Shown in pieces: positions 36,233 through 50,300 of a DNA stretch of 64,000 nt; the stretch's first letter is position 1; each line of letters begins with the position of its first letter. The notes under the pieces are model-generated. The model worked only from the letters and a program-made list of their open reading frames with translations, did not search any database and was not told where the DNA came from. Position numbers and translations under genes: made by a program. This DNA is from Lama glama. Taxonomy: Eukaryota. The stretch is from contig CM052816.1 of NCBI GenBank assembly GCA_028534125.1, positions 90,584,001-90,648,000 of the forward strand. Direction: 5' to 3'.

Positions 36233-39229
36233 GAGAAATCACTGACAAGAATTACAGTTATGTACATGGAGTCATTTTTTTTCTTAAAAAAATAAGAAGA
36301 ACTATTCTTGAAGGCTTTTCCTTTGATTTATAATCCCAAAGTACTTTGTTTTTGATGAAAATTTAAGATATGTAAATGGCTTTGCTACAGAGTGATTAAA
36401 AAGACCTTCGAATTAAGTGAAATCAATCCTGAATTCCTTATTCTCAAAAGTGATAGTTACATAAAACTCGTTAAATAATAGCCAGTTGAACTTGGAATAT
36501 TCCCCACGGTTTAGGCAAGTGAAAGAGACGGCTCTACTGACAGTGGAACAGAGAAAGGACAGAGGTCCATGTAGTTAATCCAATGATTATCTGCTAGTGT
36601 CTCTATCCTGTGTGTCTACCCACTCGTCTCGCTGTAATTACTGGTGTACTCGTTTGCCTTCCCCGACTGTAAGCTCCTTATAAACAAGGTAACAGGTCTC
36701 TGCATCTCTCAGCTCATTCAATAAACAAACACTGATTCTACAAGATTTTAACACGGTTTGTATTTTCCCACATTGCATTTAACAGAGTAGAAAACTCCCA
36801 CGTTGGCTGCTCTTCGGAACTGCTTTTAAAAGGCTTAGTCTTATATGCCTAACAATGCCACCAATCTTTCAATAAAGAATGAATTCATCACCAAAGCAAC
36901 ACTTTCACCTTTTAACTATATAAAATAAATGTTTAAACTTTTATCTTCAGCTGGGTAAGTGTACATCATGGTGTCCAACCCAATAACGCACGGATAGAGC
37001 AGAAATAGAATGATTTTCATACAGTTGAAGGGGAATGACGTATGTACCCACAATAACAGAAGACAGACACTCACATGGAATGAATGCTTCCTGGAGTCGT
37101 GAGATGGCGGAATTCAAAGCCAATCATGCCTTGGGCTTCCTGACTGCAGCGACAGCAACTTTTCTGTTTATATTCCTTAATTTCAAAACCAAAATGACAC
37201 CTTTACCCTAGCAAGTCACATGAGAGGATTTAAAAAAAATAAAATAAAGCAAGGAAAATATCACCCAGGAAACTGCTTGGAAATATACATCTAAAGGTCT
37301 ATCAGTCATCCAGTTACTCATGTGTGTCAGAAACTGCTGCTCAACCATCAGTACCATGTCATTCCAGCTAATTACAGATTCCAAGTACATAATCTACAAC
37401 CTCGAGGCTGCAAAGCAAATCATGAAGTTCGGTGAGAAATCAGCCGTCAGTAAGTAGGGTGAGTTAGGGACACTCAACAGTGCATAAGATTAAAAAAATT
37501 AACTGCAAAGAGCTATCACTGCCCTTTTCATTCTAAGCCCAATTTAAATCAAATGGACTTGATCCTACAGAGTAGATGATCCCTAGGTGTGCCCCCATCT
37601 CTCAATGGCCAGTTCCTTTATGTCCATCTGGAAGGGCCATCCTACCTGTTGGAGGGGGGGTGGCATCAGGGACAGGAGGGCGAGATGAAGGAGCCACAGC
37701 TGCAGAGAATGCCACTGGCTCATTCATAAACTGAATTCATTTAAAATGAGACCATTTTAAGACAAAGTATTGATTTCATAGTAAAAGTAGCCGGTGTTCA
37801 TGGTATAAATCATGTAGATGATATGACAATGTCTTAGAGGCCAATGGATATAGACAGTAAAGACCTGACAATCACCTCAACACAACTGCACTTTGAATAT
37901 GTAAAACAGAAGCCCATTAAAGCAAAAATTTTACAAATAAAGCACCAAATCTAAAAATGTTTTAGAATGAGTAAACTGTATTGTCAGATTAGACTTGCTT
38001 CCTGGAAACCTGCATTATTATTTCTTAACTACAGGTTACTTTAGAAACCAGTGTCCTATCATTGTAAAAAAAACTACAAATCTTTTTTTTCGTTAACAAG
38101 AATTCCATCGTTAAGGATCAGCTTTCGAAAACTAGACACTGACCTGTGAGAGATCTCAGGGTTAACATGAAATATTTATCTTTAAGAATTTCAGTTCAAA
38201 CTGAGGCCAAAGACACTCAGGGATGAGACAAGGAACGCTGAATACTGACCATCAAGGAGTACGTGTAAACGAGGGGCTGAAGAGTAAATCACAGATGTAG
38301 TCTTAATTGTGTTCATCCCGCCCACCCCAAAGAAAACCCTGTGATATTTGCTAAAGGTTCATTACAAGCTGGTTCCCGGATGTGGTTCCCAACACTCTGA
38401 AATATGCCTTATTTGTCAAACAGCCATAAACCAGTGCCCTTCAGTGCCTTCAGCCCTTACTGGACCATAGGTTTTGTGCTAGAAACTGACATCCAAAGAT
38501 GAACAAAGCAAAGTCCTGGACTGGAGGAACTCAGCATTTAAAGTAAGCGGTCCCAGCACAGAACCAGGGCTAAATTCACATTTACTTCAGCAGGTTTACA
38601 ATCCACGAGTGTGTTCAGATTTAAAGCCATCTGGAGGCCTAACACTCCTGACTTCACAAAGACTGTTATGAAAATGCATTGGTTAAGACGTTCAGTATAA
38701 TGGATCTGTAGCAGACCCACGGCATTCAACAACTTGGAGGAACAGATGAGAAACAGAATGACCATGAGCATCAGCTTTCATTCCTTGTGGTTTCTTTCTG
38801 GGGGAAAAAAAAAAAAAAAACAACCCCACAACGTCATACTATTCGTTTCCCAAATAACAACACAATTTCATTTTTCCTTTGAGACTCTACCTTAGGAGAA
38901 AGCTTGGAAGCAGTAATTAGTAGGACTAATTACTCGTAATGTCACAGGGCTTTAGAACAATTACTACTAAGGTTACTGCTTGGAAACAGAATAATTACAC
39001 TAATTGGAGCTCATCAGATATTCATCTTCAGAGTAAGCACAACTGATGAGGTGAAATTTAGTGTCCATAAACGGAGGTCGTCTCAGCCGCCAAAGGTGAC
39101 TTTCAGAAGACGTGTGCCCTCCATGAATATAATGGACTATGGGCAACCTTCGACACCGGGCAAGTAAGGTTTGCTCTGGATGGACCAGAACTGTTGTACA
39201 GCGCTGTTATGGGTCAACAGAACCGACAC

Positions 39230-39600
39230 ATCCCTGCCTCCTGCGTCTCTCTGTCTAGAGGAGAAGAGACACTAATCAATCACAACAGTTCTGATAAATG
39301 TGGGGGCAAAAATGCCAAGTGCTGCGAGAGGAGTGGGGACAGTCAGGAGAAGCGCCTCTGAGAAAGTGGCAGTTAGGCTGAGGAGCACTTGGACAGTGGG
39401 GAAAAGAATATTCCAGGCAGGAGGACAGCAGGAAAGAGCTTGGAGCGCTGGGAGACCGGAAAGGCAGGCCACGTGGGAACAGAGGGTGGCTGAGAGAGAG
39501 GATGCAAGGAGGCAGAAGAGGGAAATGGGAAAAGATGAACATGCAGGAACTCACAGGCCAGCAAAGGACTTTGATGTTTTATTCCAAGTGTAACAGAAAG
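39230..39600 (-). mobile_element. LINE-2 fragment
   Basis: tctgagaaagtggcagttaggctgag...ggaaaagaatattccaggcaggaggacagc...aaggactttgatgttttattccaagtg. Confidence 0.6.
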
Positions 39601-41209
39601 TCTTGATATAGAAGTCTTAGGCACAGGCGTGCCGTGCTTAGATTCAGAGGAGTATTAGGGGAGCAGTCAAGGGGAGGGACAGAAGCTGCGACTAGATCCG
39701 TGACTTAGTGTACAGGGAAATGGACGGACGTATGTGAGGGGTAATTACAATATAGACTTTACAGAACTTTGTCAGCAGAAAGATCCCAGTTTTCCGGAAT
39801 GAATGGAGGAAGGTGCTATCGACCAGAAAGCGAGCACCGAAGACCACAGACGTGGGCTTGGCGGTAGATGTTGCATGAATTAAAGACTTAAGATAAAAAA
39901 TTCTACAGCAACCCTCATTGCAGGTTTTATGCCGGAAATAATTTGCCAGTGAAAAATTTTAATAAAAGATAATAAACATTACCAGCTTTCAGTTAGTGTA
40001 GGGCTGGTGGCTCATCGAGTATAGTCAGATTGAATTATTATATTCAATTACACTGTGGATTAATGAGGTAATATTCTTTATTGCCATCATTAACACAACA
40101 TGACGTGACTTGAAGTTTGAAACAGAAAGGCAATGACTGAATCACCCGACAGGGCACTTTCAAAAGCTGTCAACTGCTTTAAAAAATAAAATCTTCTCAA
40201 AAGTGTTAAGTGAGGATATCCCCACATCCACATTCGCTGAGAGTGCCCCTCAAAAAATCCCTTCAGTATCACTACTTGTTTTATTACTTGGAAAGGCCCC
40301 AAAATTCATTAGCCTTGGTTTTTGTAGTCATCAAAGACTCCATATGATGCCTGCCACTAACTGCCCACTCCTCACGGTGCACCATACAGAAACCTAGAAA
40401 ATTCCAAGCATTCTTCCCACATCTGCTTTCTGGTAAAGCCTGTTATCTTCTAATGTCTTCAAGTGTCCATCCAGTAAAACTTGCCCTGTGGTAAGATTCA
40501 GTCGGGTGAATCCCCTACCAATGGCAGAATAGGATTGTCAACTGGCAGGTACATCTGGTCAACCCTTCCATACAGGGTAGGAAGGACACTTTCTTGAACC
40601 ACTATCAAATGGGCTTTCCCAGAATAACTCTATTTTGATTTACTCAAGACTGGCTAGTTCATTACACTGCATGGACTAAGTAAATCCTTCTCTCTTCCTT
40701 TATTCATTCTTGTCATATTTGGGTAACCAAATGGGAAAGGCTTCACACAGAGGAAAAGCATGATAACACAGTGCCAGAATGAACAATGCCGCATGCTAAC
40801 GCCTACTGAATGGTGGCGACTGCCTAGAGCACTGTGTTGAGAAGGATTCTGAGGCCTCGTCCATGTACCCATGTCCAGCACGAGTGCACAGAGGGAGGGG
40901 TACCTGCATACACCCTTTGCCATCCCTGGTACAACAAAGCCACAGAAATAGGCTTTGAATCCCACACCAGGCTCTACCTGTCCTAGTAATGCCAATCTTA
41001 GCAAAATTAATTTTTTTTGCGTCTCATGTTGTCAGAAGAGGATATATGTTTGCCTCACATGGAGTCGTGAGGATTAAATCAGGCTGGAGTGTAGCTGATT
41101 CTCCCCACTCCTTTCTTCCTGCCAAGTGAAACTGCACTTTGCACAGGGGCTGTAAATGTTCTTCACTGTAAACCACTTTTCTTAATATGAAGCACAAATT
41201 TTCGCAACC

Positions 41210-41548
41210 TGCGTTGTGCCCCACCCGCCACCCCCATTCATATACTGAAGCTCTAAACTGCAGTCTTTGCAGATAGGGCCATTAAGAGGTTAATTAATTT
41301 CAAATGAAGCCATTGAGGTGGGCCTTCACCCATCGGGCTGGTGCCCTTATGTAAAGAGACTGGGACTGAAAGAGACACCAGGGGTGCATGCACGCAGACA
41401 CAAGACCCTGTGAGAACACAGCAGGAAGGCAGCCGTCTGCAAGCCTAGGTGAGAGACCGCAGAGGAAACCAAACCTGTCAACACCCTGACCTTGGAGTTC
41501 TAGCCTCCTGGTCCTGTGCTCTGTTCTGGCAGCCCCAGCAGAGAAACG
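41210..41548 (+). mobile_element. MaLR LTR (MLT1B-like)
   Basis: attcatatactgaagctcta...ctggtgcccttat...aggcagccgtctgcaagcc...gaggaaaccaaacctgtcaacaccctgaccttggagttctagcctcc. Confidence 0.8.
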
Positions 41549-44500
41549 CGGGAACAAAGCACCCCTGCCTCTACCATTCCTGTTTCTGCAGATACGCCTC
41601 CATCCTCCCCTCTCCCACCCCTCCCCTTCCTCCTCTCATGCTCTCTTCTCCTTTTTGCCCCTGAAAACACTAGAAGGAGGGAGTGGTGGGGCTTAGAAAC
41701 AAGAGGTCATTGACTGTTGATCTAGACCAATGTAGTTTTGCTTCCTGTATCGTACTTACCAGAAATCCTGCCCACACAAGGGGAATCTGGACACCCTTAG
41801 GAACAGAAAGGAATGGTGTTCCCCTCTCTCCATCCAGAACCATGGCTGCAAAAGTACCTCATCGCCACTTCCCTCAAGTACAGCCATTTCCTCCTTTTCA
41901 GAAGGTTTTACAAACCTCCATATTTAACAAGTGCTACCCATGCCTCTCCCTCTCTCAAGAGTGGACTGGTTAATTAGGTAGGGCGGTAGCTAAATACATC
42001 TTCAGAATCAGATTTCAATGGGAATTCATCCCCAGCCACTTAAACCTCACACTAACCGTGGTGCATATGAGCGACCCAGAACATTTGTTCTAGCAGTCAG
42101 GTACTTCCTCTACCAGGTAAACCAGGCAGACAACTGCTAACAAGTCAGGGCCTGCTAGTCTGCCCCGCCTTGTGCTGCTGACATTAATTGTATTCTATTA
42201 TGCTGTCTAAATACCCTAAGGGTTTGAGGGGTTGGGAGAGGCTGGTTTGTTTTTCAGATGTATCTCCCCCAGTTCACACCCTCTTGCAACAGGAATCATG
42301 CCCAACTCAAAACTGGCTTGAGCTTTCTTTTCACTCCTCTTAGAAACAGCAGTAACATTTTTTGCAGTATTACGTCATTCTGGACTTCTTTACCCTTTAT
42401 CTGGGATTCTTGGCTCTCACACTACAAAAATGGTAAAGGAGTCTCCACGGGTGGTATGCCCAGCAGTGGGGATGAGCACAGGGAAGCGGCATGCAAGTGG
42501 TAGCTCCCGGTCTTAAAGAAGGCGGTGGGGGGGGGGGGTAGCATGAGTACAAACCCTAATTTAGTTTAGGACAAACTGAATGAGGACCAATCCTAACTAA
42601 TTCGCCAGTTGCTTCCTCTAACCGCCATTTCTTCTCCCCTTAACTTGGCAATACTTACTGCTGGAAATCAGGATATAGTCAAAGAATGTGTTACTACTGA
42701 CGTTTAAAGTGCCACAAAGTGATATTTTTTAAGCAGGAAGGACTAACCAACAGGGTTGGGTGAGGCAGAGAGATGGAAGCCTGCCGACATTCAAATTCAG
42801 TTTCGTAAAATACAGTTTTTGCTACATTCTCAGCATTCTGTTAGTAGTAAATTAAACATCATAGCTTAGAAGGATGAGTAGAACTCCTTTTGGATTTAAA
42901 ACCACAACTCTTACCTTAGTGAAATCATGTGTTCTAATTCCACTGTGTAGTGGCTTCTCTCTGCACTGTGGCCAGTTGAGTTCTCCTAGGATGAGCCGAT
43001 ACCCACCCACCCAGAGGACTTTCATATAGATGAAATCAAGGTGAAGCTCTCTGGATGGTGGAAACAAAACCAGTTAGAATAGAAAGGATGGAGATAAATG
43101 TAGGGACCTAGTGTTTCTGTCTCTTCCACCGACAGAACTTTCAAGGAGACTTTCCATTAGTCAATCGCCAGATAGACAAGGGGTAACAGTGACATTCAGG
43201 TGTGAGCCACATGAAGCAACACGTACCTGGGAAACCACTGTCCGTCTTGTGTTAACAGCCTTCTGGACAACATTGCTACCAACACTTGTTACTATTTGTC
43301 TAAAAACCACACACTGAAAGTTCTGGAAGCAGGTTTCTACCAAAGTCCAGTTGGGTGAGCCCTGGGAATTCACAGCTTGAGGTCTCAACAAAAGATCACC
43401 AGAGCGACTGAGGAAACCCTAGTGCCAAAATAAACCATGGTAAGTGGGGCAGGATCCACCGAGGTTGGGTGACCATGAGATCCTAAGCGCTATTGTCATC
43501 ACCAATTGTTAATTGAGAGTCTTTCTTTTTTTCTTTAGGAAAATGAGTCATTCAGAGACGATTCCAGAGCCCCTCATTTAATCATTTAAGTCCTTAGTAA
43601 ATACTCAAGTGGCCACATAACCTCAGCCTACCTTCTTGATGGAATGCAGGGTAATGGCAGGAGGAAGTCATTGCAAATCTACCCCCCTGTAAGTCACTGA
43701 TTTCTCTAGATGCTCCTTTTCTCCAGTCATCTTAAATATGTCTACGGCAAATACAGATGCTGTTGACCTGGACTGAAACCGCTGAGAGCATTTGTAAAGA
43801 AAAATACCCCTACTGCCTGTAGAGTTTCCAAGACAAGCCCAGAGAGGCTTAAAGCGATACTTTGTAAAGACTCGACAATTCCGAGGAGACTGTCTTCCAT
43901 CCTTAGGGAACAGGGATGTCTTCACAGTTACCCAATGGTTGCTACTGTTTTCGCCTTTGATAAACTATTTCCCCACTGAGATCTTGTTAATATTTAACTT
44001 GGCTGTTGTATTAATCTGTGTGGTAACGGTGTTTTGACCGGCTGTCAATGGGTAAATGTTGTGGGTCTTTTCAAATTCACTTCGCCAAGCAATCCAGGAA
44101 ACTTGTAATTTAGAAAGTTCAACCCGGAAAAGCTGTTTTCTGACATCTTATTCTTCATAAACTTAAAAAAAAAAAAAGAGGTTTTAATTTGGGCTTATTT
44201 TAGAAATATTCATTTCTGAACCTGTAAAACTGTAATAATGAAAAGCACTACAAAAACTGCAAAGTCACTTGTTTATGGCAGGTTTCCCTGGGAAAAAAAT
44301 ATAAATTCACCCAAGGCTTATTCTCCACCTACTGAAATGTCTAAATAAGTCATTTTAAATATAAATTAAAACTTTCTCATCTAAAACTAATCTTATCACA
44401 GTTTCTCAAAATACAAATGCACATAAACAGTTTACATTGCTAAACTCCATTTCAAACATCCGAATATTAAGCTTTATGAAGTATTTTAACAACTTAAGTA

Positions 44501-47184
44501 TTTAAATTCCATATTTTAATGACAACTTCAGAAACTTCTAGCCCTTTTAAATCTCCTAAATCAGCCCCAATACTATAAATGACAATTCTAAAGAAGAAAA
44601 GATTAAACCAGGTCTTTTATGCAGCTCTCAAACCAGTAAGCCAGATCACACGAGAAACTGGCATAAAAGTTCCTGTCCGTCACTGTGCACGTTGGATCTT
44701 CCAAGAGATTCCAGAGCATTTCTTCTAGGGCACCATGCTTGACCGCTCCGCTCACTCAGCAGCCCCCAAATAAGTCTAAAACCAACTGGCTTTCTTATCA
44801 AACTCCTATCCTCCACCTACAGGCTCCAAAGCCTGCACCATTGCTTATTTCTGCAGGAAAACAAAGATATGATACTAACATTTAGTTTTATGGGAAAAAC
44901 TACTTCAGCGTATGCCGTAAGTTCTTTGCCATATGAAGGAAACCACGTGTCTGTAGTGTAAGAGCAAAAAAGAGGTAAGTTGAGGAGTAGAGATGGCGAG
45001 CAGATCGCGCAGTGGCAGGTAGCAACCAGAGAGCAGCACAAGGGATGCTATCAAAACGCAGACCAGGGTCTGTCTCTGAGGAGGGCAGCAGGGAGAGACA
45101 CAGGATCAGGATCGGATTCCCAAAAAATGGTCTCAGAGCCAAAGAATGGTAGGAATTTTTTTTTTAAAGTTGTGGACAGTAAGTAAGAGTTTGACTCAAT
45201 TAGAAAGAAGGGAGGGCGGCAGGAGTGAGGCTTTTTTGGGAAATAACCTGGGTTTCTACTCAGCCACTACCCAGCTCATGAGACCCTGACTAAGCCACCA
45301 AATTGTCCAAGGTCCTTTTGAGTTACAGAGTAAGTGTTTCAATTACGAGCTTTCAAACTTATGATGGCAAGTATTTACAAAGGACTGAGGCTGTAGTTTA
45401 GAACGTAAAAGCTATCACCAACTTTCTGTAAATGAACTCTGCATCGAGGTAGAAAAAAAAGGGGTAGCCAATTTAGGACTTGGTTTATTTCTCATCAGGC
45501 AACCATTACTACATAGCTGCAGGAGGGCTGACTAGCCTCTCTGGTGAGTATTTTAAAAGCTGAATTACAGGTAAGGCATTTGAGTGATTACTGTGGGCCA
45601 CCTGTGAAGTGTAATGAGGAAAGTGAAGGGGCCGACTACCCACATTTATCCAAAGTCCTGAAGAGGAGCCATCATCCTCATCCTCTTCATCCTCATCATC
45701 CCAGAACAGAGGTGACTTAAGGACATCAGCCCGTGTTCACCATGACAAGGAAGAATTTCTCATCTAGGTTACTTAATATATGTATGGATTAAAACTTTTT
45801 TGTAAGCTGTATCTCATCTATGATAAATAATTCTTCATGTTACAACTTAGTACAACTCTCTCTATTGAAGATGTTAATATGTTGGAACAGGTTATCCGTT
45901 TTATCCTCAAGTGTCCATATGACATGAGATAAAATGGCCAAGACTTAAGGGAAAGACAGAATAGCGTGGGGCCATCAGACACGGGTTCAAATTTTGTCAC
46001 ATTCTCTTGGCTCCAGGATCTCAGGTACATTATTTAACCCTCTATTTTTCATTTATTCACAGATAAAATGCATTTAACAATTTTTTTGAGGGGATAAAAT
46101 TCAACTAAAGCATATGACATACAATAAATAGTCAATTTCATTAAGTGTCCAATTTCATTCCTAAACTTCTCTAGATATAAAAGAAAAAAATTTTTGATGA
46201 AGTTTTTTAAATGATACAATCACCATATCCAAAATCTCTTTCCTACAGTGAATATCTGATAGATAAAGTTAAATATAATTATCATCCTGATTCATAAGAG
46301 TCAAAAACCCATTTAAAGAAACTATTAAAAAAATAATTTAGCCAAAATGAGAATGACTTGACCTTCATGGAACAGCAAAGCCCAAGGATCCAGAAGGCCA
46401 AAAACAAGTTAGTTAAGCAGATCCCAGAATTAAATGCCTAAAAGGTCAAACCAGATTCCAGGATGATCCATCTCAAATATCTGAAATTCCAAAGAACTTT
46501 CTTTTTTTTTTTTTTTTTTTTTTTAAGATTCCACAGTGACTGAGGTTGCCAGGGGGATAATTATTTCCAAAGACTTTTGTCAACAGGTGATACAGTCACA
46601 TTCCTGCATAAGATAAGCTTCAGTTTTACTCCTGGAGTGGGTGGTGGGGATGTGGGAAAGCGAAAGCCTGCACCTGGTGTGTCCTGAGGATTTTAAACAC
46701 CTAAATTGGTTTATACAATCTTTGTACTAAGGGCTAAGATACTCCTTTCAAATGCTAATGAATTCATCTTGATTCAGGGCACCACAACACCAAGTTTCAG
46801 GAATATGAAGGACTTCTGTCAATACCCAAGGTCATCCAGTGGAGTCCAGATGTCAACATATCAAAACACTGAGCCTTTCTCTGAGGCTCTCAGGACTTTC
46901 ACATCATTGCTTTTCATTTCAATACCAACTCAGTTGGGAGGCTGGAGTTGTATCCATCTACCCACTTTGGACTTTTGAAACTAGTACAAGAGGATTTTTC
47001 TAAACCACAGACTTCTATGTTCTCCCAACTCCTGTCCACGGCACCACCAACAGCCTGTCTTGCAATAATGACCTTTGAAATAAGCATAGAGACAGCTACA
47101 GACATAGAGGATGAAGTAAAGAAAGCTGGTCTCCTCATCACTTGACAGTGAAAGTGCATTATAGAGATGCAGAAAATATGTGTA

Positions 47185-47380
47185 AGGCATTGTCCTAAGT
47201 GTGTGATGACTTCATTTAATCTCTATAATAACTGCATTATAACCCCCCCATTTTATAGATGAGAAGTGGGGCACAGAGAAGCTAAGCAATTTACCAAAGA
47301 TCACACAGCTAGACAATGGCTGAGACAAGATTCTTAACCTAGTGAATCTGGCTCCACACTCAGCCCTCCAAGTCACACTT
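47185..47380 (-). mobile_element. MIR
   Basis: cccattttatagatgagaag..ggcacagagaagctaagcaatttaccaaagatcacacagctag. Confidence 0.75.
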
Positions 47381-50300
47381 TCTAAACACCATACTCCCTA
47401 CAGTGTACAAACCATAGCTGAAACGTATATTTCAAAGCAAAGTTCAAGAAACAAACCAGTGAAGACCAGCCCTTCCTCCCTCATCCAAAATGAACAAGAG
47501 AATAAAAAAATCAATTTAAAAACAAGTTCATAAAGTGTTTAAGCGATAAGAAGGAAATGTGTAAATGCCCGGCCTTTCCCCACTGAACACCACTTTCTTA
47601 TATCATCTTGACATCTTTCCTTATGACCTGGGTCCCTGTTGTGCTTGCAGATGGCTTCTATTTCTAAATCTCTCAGGCTTTCAGGAATTTATTCCTAGAC
47701 TTCGAGGTATGCTCAATCACAGCCTCCCCTCACTGGCAGCCTTGGCTAGTCCACACAATTCCTGCTTTCCCTGTTTTTATTTAAAAAAAAAAAAAACTGC
47801 TGCCTTTAGAAAGCCTGATTTTGTAAGTTACTTAAATTCTTTGCACGCAGAAGGAAAACACGTGATGAGACTTTCTCTGCATCCCATCTCATCGGGCTTC
47901 TGAGTTCCACAGGGAAGAAGAGAATGTTGTTTTAATCACCTTGCTTCCCAGGCTTGTATCGTTTCAAAATTCCACTTTTACTCTTTCCTGGTAAGAATCT
48001 GATTATCTACACGATTATCTTTTACTTTTGATAAGGTTTACTGGACATTTTTTTTCTCACAAGACACTTACCTAGATGTCTGTCTTAATAGCAGTGGAGG
48101 GAATGGCATTTACCAAAAATCCTCCTTTGGCAGGCTGGGAGCTCCTGTGGTTTTAAGACTACTCCTATATTTTCTCAAAAGAACTTAAATGCTGTCTCTT
48201 GAGTTCCAGAAGCAGCCATGGGAAATTTGATGAGGGTGGCCATTCTGGCTTCACTCAATCCACTTTGGGGCAAATTCCCATACATTTCTGTCTCACGGAA
48301 TTTCAAATATGTATCTCTATGTGGTTTGAAATATCCTATTTCTGACTGAATACACGGAAACCCTCAGGTCTTGATTAATCAGCATGGAAGAAAACTGCAG
48401 CTTAATATAGAGAAATTAGTTACCGATGTCAATCACACCGCCTGTGTTGATAATGCAGACTGAGAGGGCGAGGGGCCCCTAAGAGCCAGCCACTGTCCTT
48501 ACACACTTTCCAGACATACGTGTCATCCTTCGGATAGCCTAAAAACAGGAATTATTACTCCAATTTTACAATAGCAATTTTTATAAAGTGAAATTTAGAG
48601 AGGTTTGAAGTAATTTGCCCAAAGTGGCCCAGCCAGTGCCTAGAGATTTTTCAAACCAACTAAGCCCGAGGACGCCTCCCGATCAAGACTACTTCCTTTA
48701 AAAAAAAAAATTCCGGCTGTCCACAACCTCAGTTATTTCCTGCTATTAACCCACCATAATTAAGCTGAAGAGTAAAATTCACATTGCATTGTGTCATCCA
48801 AAGTTTTAAGAGTCAGAATAAATGGAAAAGATTCAGGGAGTTGAGAAAACTTGACAAAAAGACAGATACCACACCCATTTCCCCGAGAACTTCAACGCAT
48901 CTACACGTTTGGCTTTTCCTCAGTTACCTGGTTTCCAGTTTACCAGCTAAAACAGTCATTAAGAAGATGTGAATCTTTTGATAAAAAGGGTGTAAAATGA
49001 GTAGGTAAAAACTACATATTAGAAAGATAAAGACCTGCGCAAATCAAAGCGTTTCTTTTAACAGAATCAGACACCAAAGGCAATTGCTTTTGACAAATGA
49101 TACTTGGTAGGCCTTTTCTGGATATTTTTCAAAACAAAATTTTACAAGTGATCAGAAAAATAAGGCAGAGCAACTTTATAAATCTTTTATTTAGTAAGCA
49201 TTGTTTATTACAGCTCTTCAAGTTCGGTAGTGCTTCATGTGAATGTTTAAGCCTGTAAATGAACATGTTAATTTAAGATGCTCAATACAACCCATTTGTT
49301 TCAGGGGTACACTGGTAAAACTTAGAAGTGAGCATCTTAGTAGACTAGCTAGGCTCTCCCTTCAATATACACTGAGAAAAACAGAAAATTAATTATTTTC
49401 CGAAGACTATTATGAAGCACTATAAAATGATAGTCTATACCAATCAGTTTCACTTCATATCATTAATTAAATCTTATTTTATAGCATTAGTCTATATGTA
49501 TAAATTATGTGTGTGTATAAATATACATGGCACCTTAACTGATTTAAAAAAGGGTTTGGATTTTGCTTTTTTTTTCCCCACAGTGAAATATTACAGATGT
49601 CCATTTTAGAGTGAGCAAATCCTCTCCAAACCTAAGTTTCTCACACTCCACTTATGACCACGGAAAACAATAGTTTGGGATTGTTCTTAATGTGAATTTT
49701 TTTAAAAAAAGAAAAACTAAAGAGACAGAATACATCACATCTTCTAGTAAATCCAGGAAGATTATAAAGACGCCTCCAAAGATAAGAAGCCGAAGCCCAT
49801 AGGGCTCTTCCATTCAGATTAGGGTGTTCAAATTAGATGTTCACCCTGGGGTGGTCTGGGGGGAGGGAAGGCCCTCTTCTGCCCACAAAGAAAGCAGGAG
49901 CACCAGCTAAGGAGAGGCCCGCCACTGGCGCCACTGATAATACAGTCATTGTTGGTGCATTTTGTCACAAGGCCCAATTTTCCCTTTCTCCACCTGCTAC
50001 AGCTTGCCAAAAAGCTAGCTGGATAAAAGAATAAGGTAAATGATCACTTAGAATTCAATTGAAAAATTATCTTGCTCAAAAACCTGAGACTCATTGAATT
50101 GGGGGCATATTGTTATATATTTGCTATTGCATATGGTCTGTCTGCCGACTCATCCCTCCCTCAAAAACAAAACCTAAAAAGAAAAAGAAAAATCTACATC
50201 TAGCCCCCTAAACCATAAAAAACAAACAAACAAAAAAACCCACTCAGTACTATGAAGTAGAGAGGGTACCAGGCAGCTACCCTACCAAGTAAAGGCTCTG

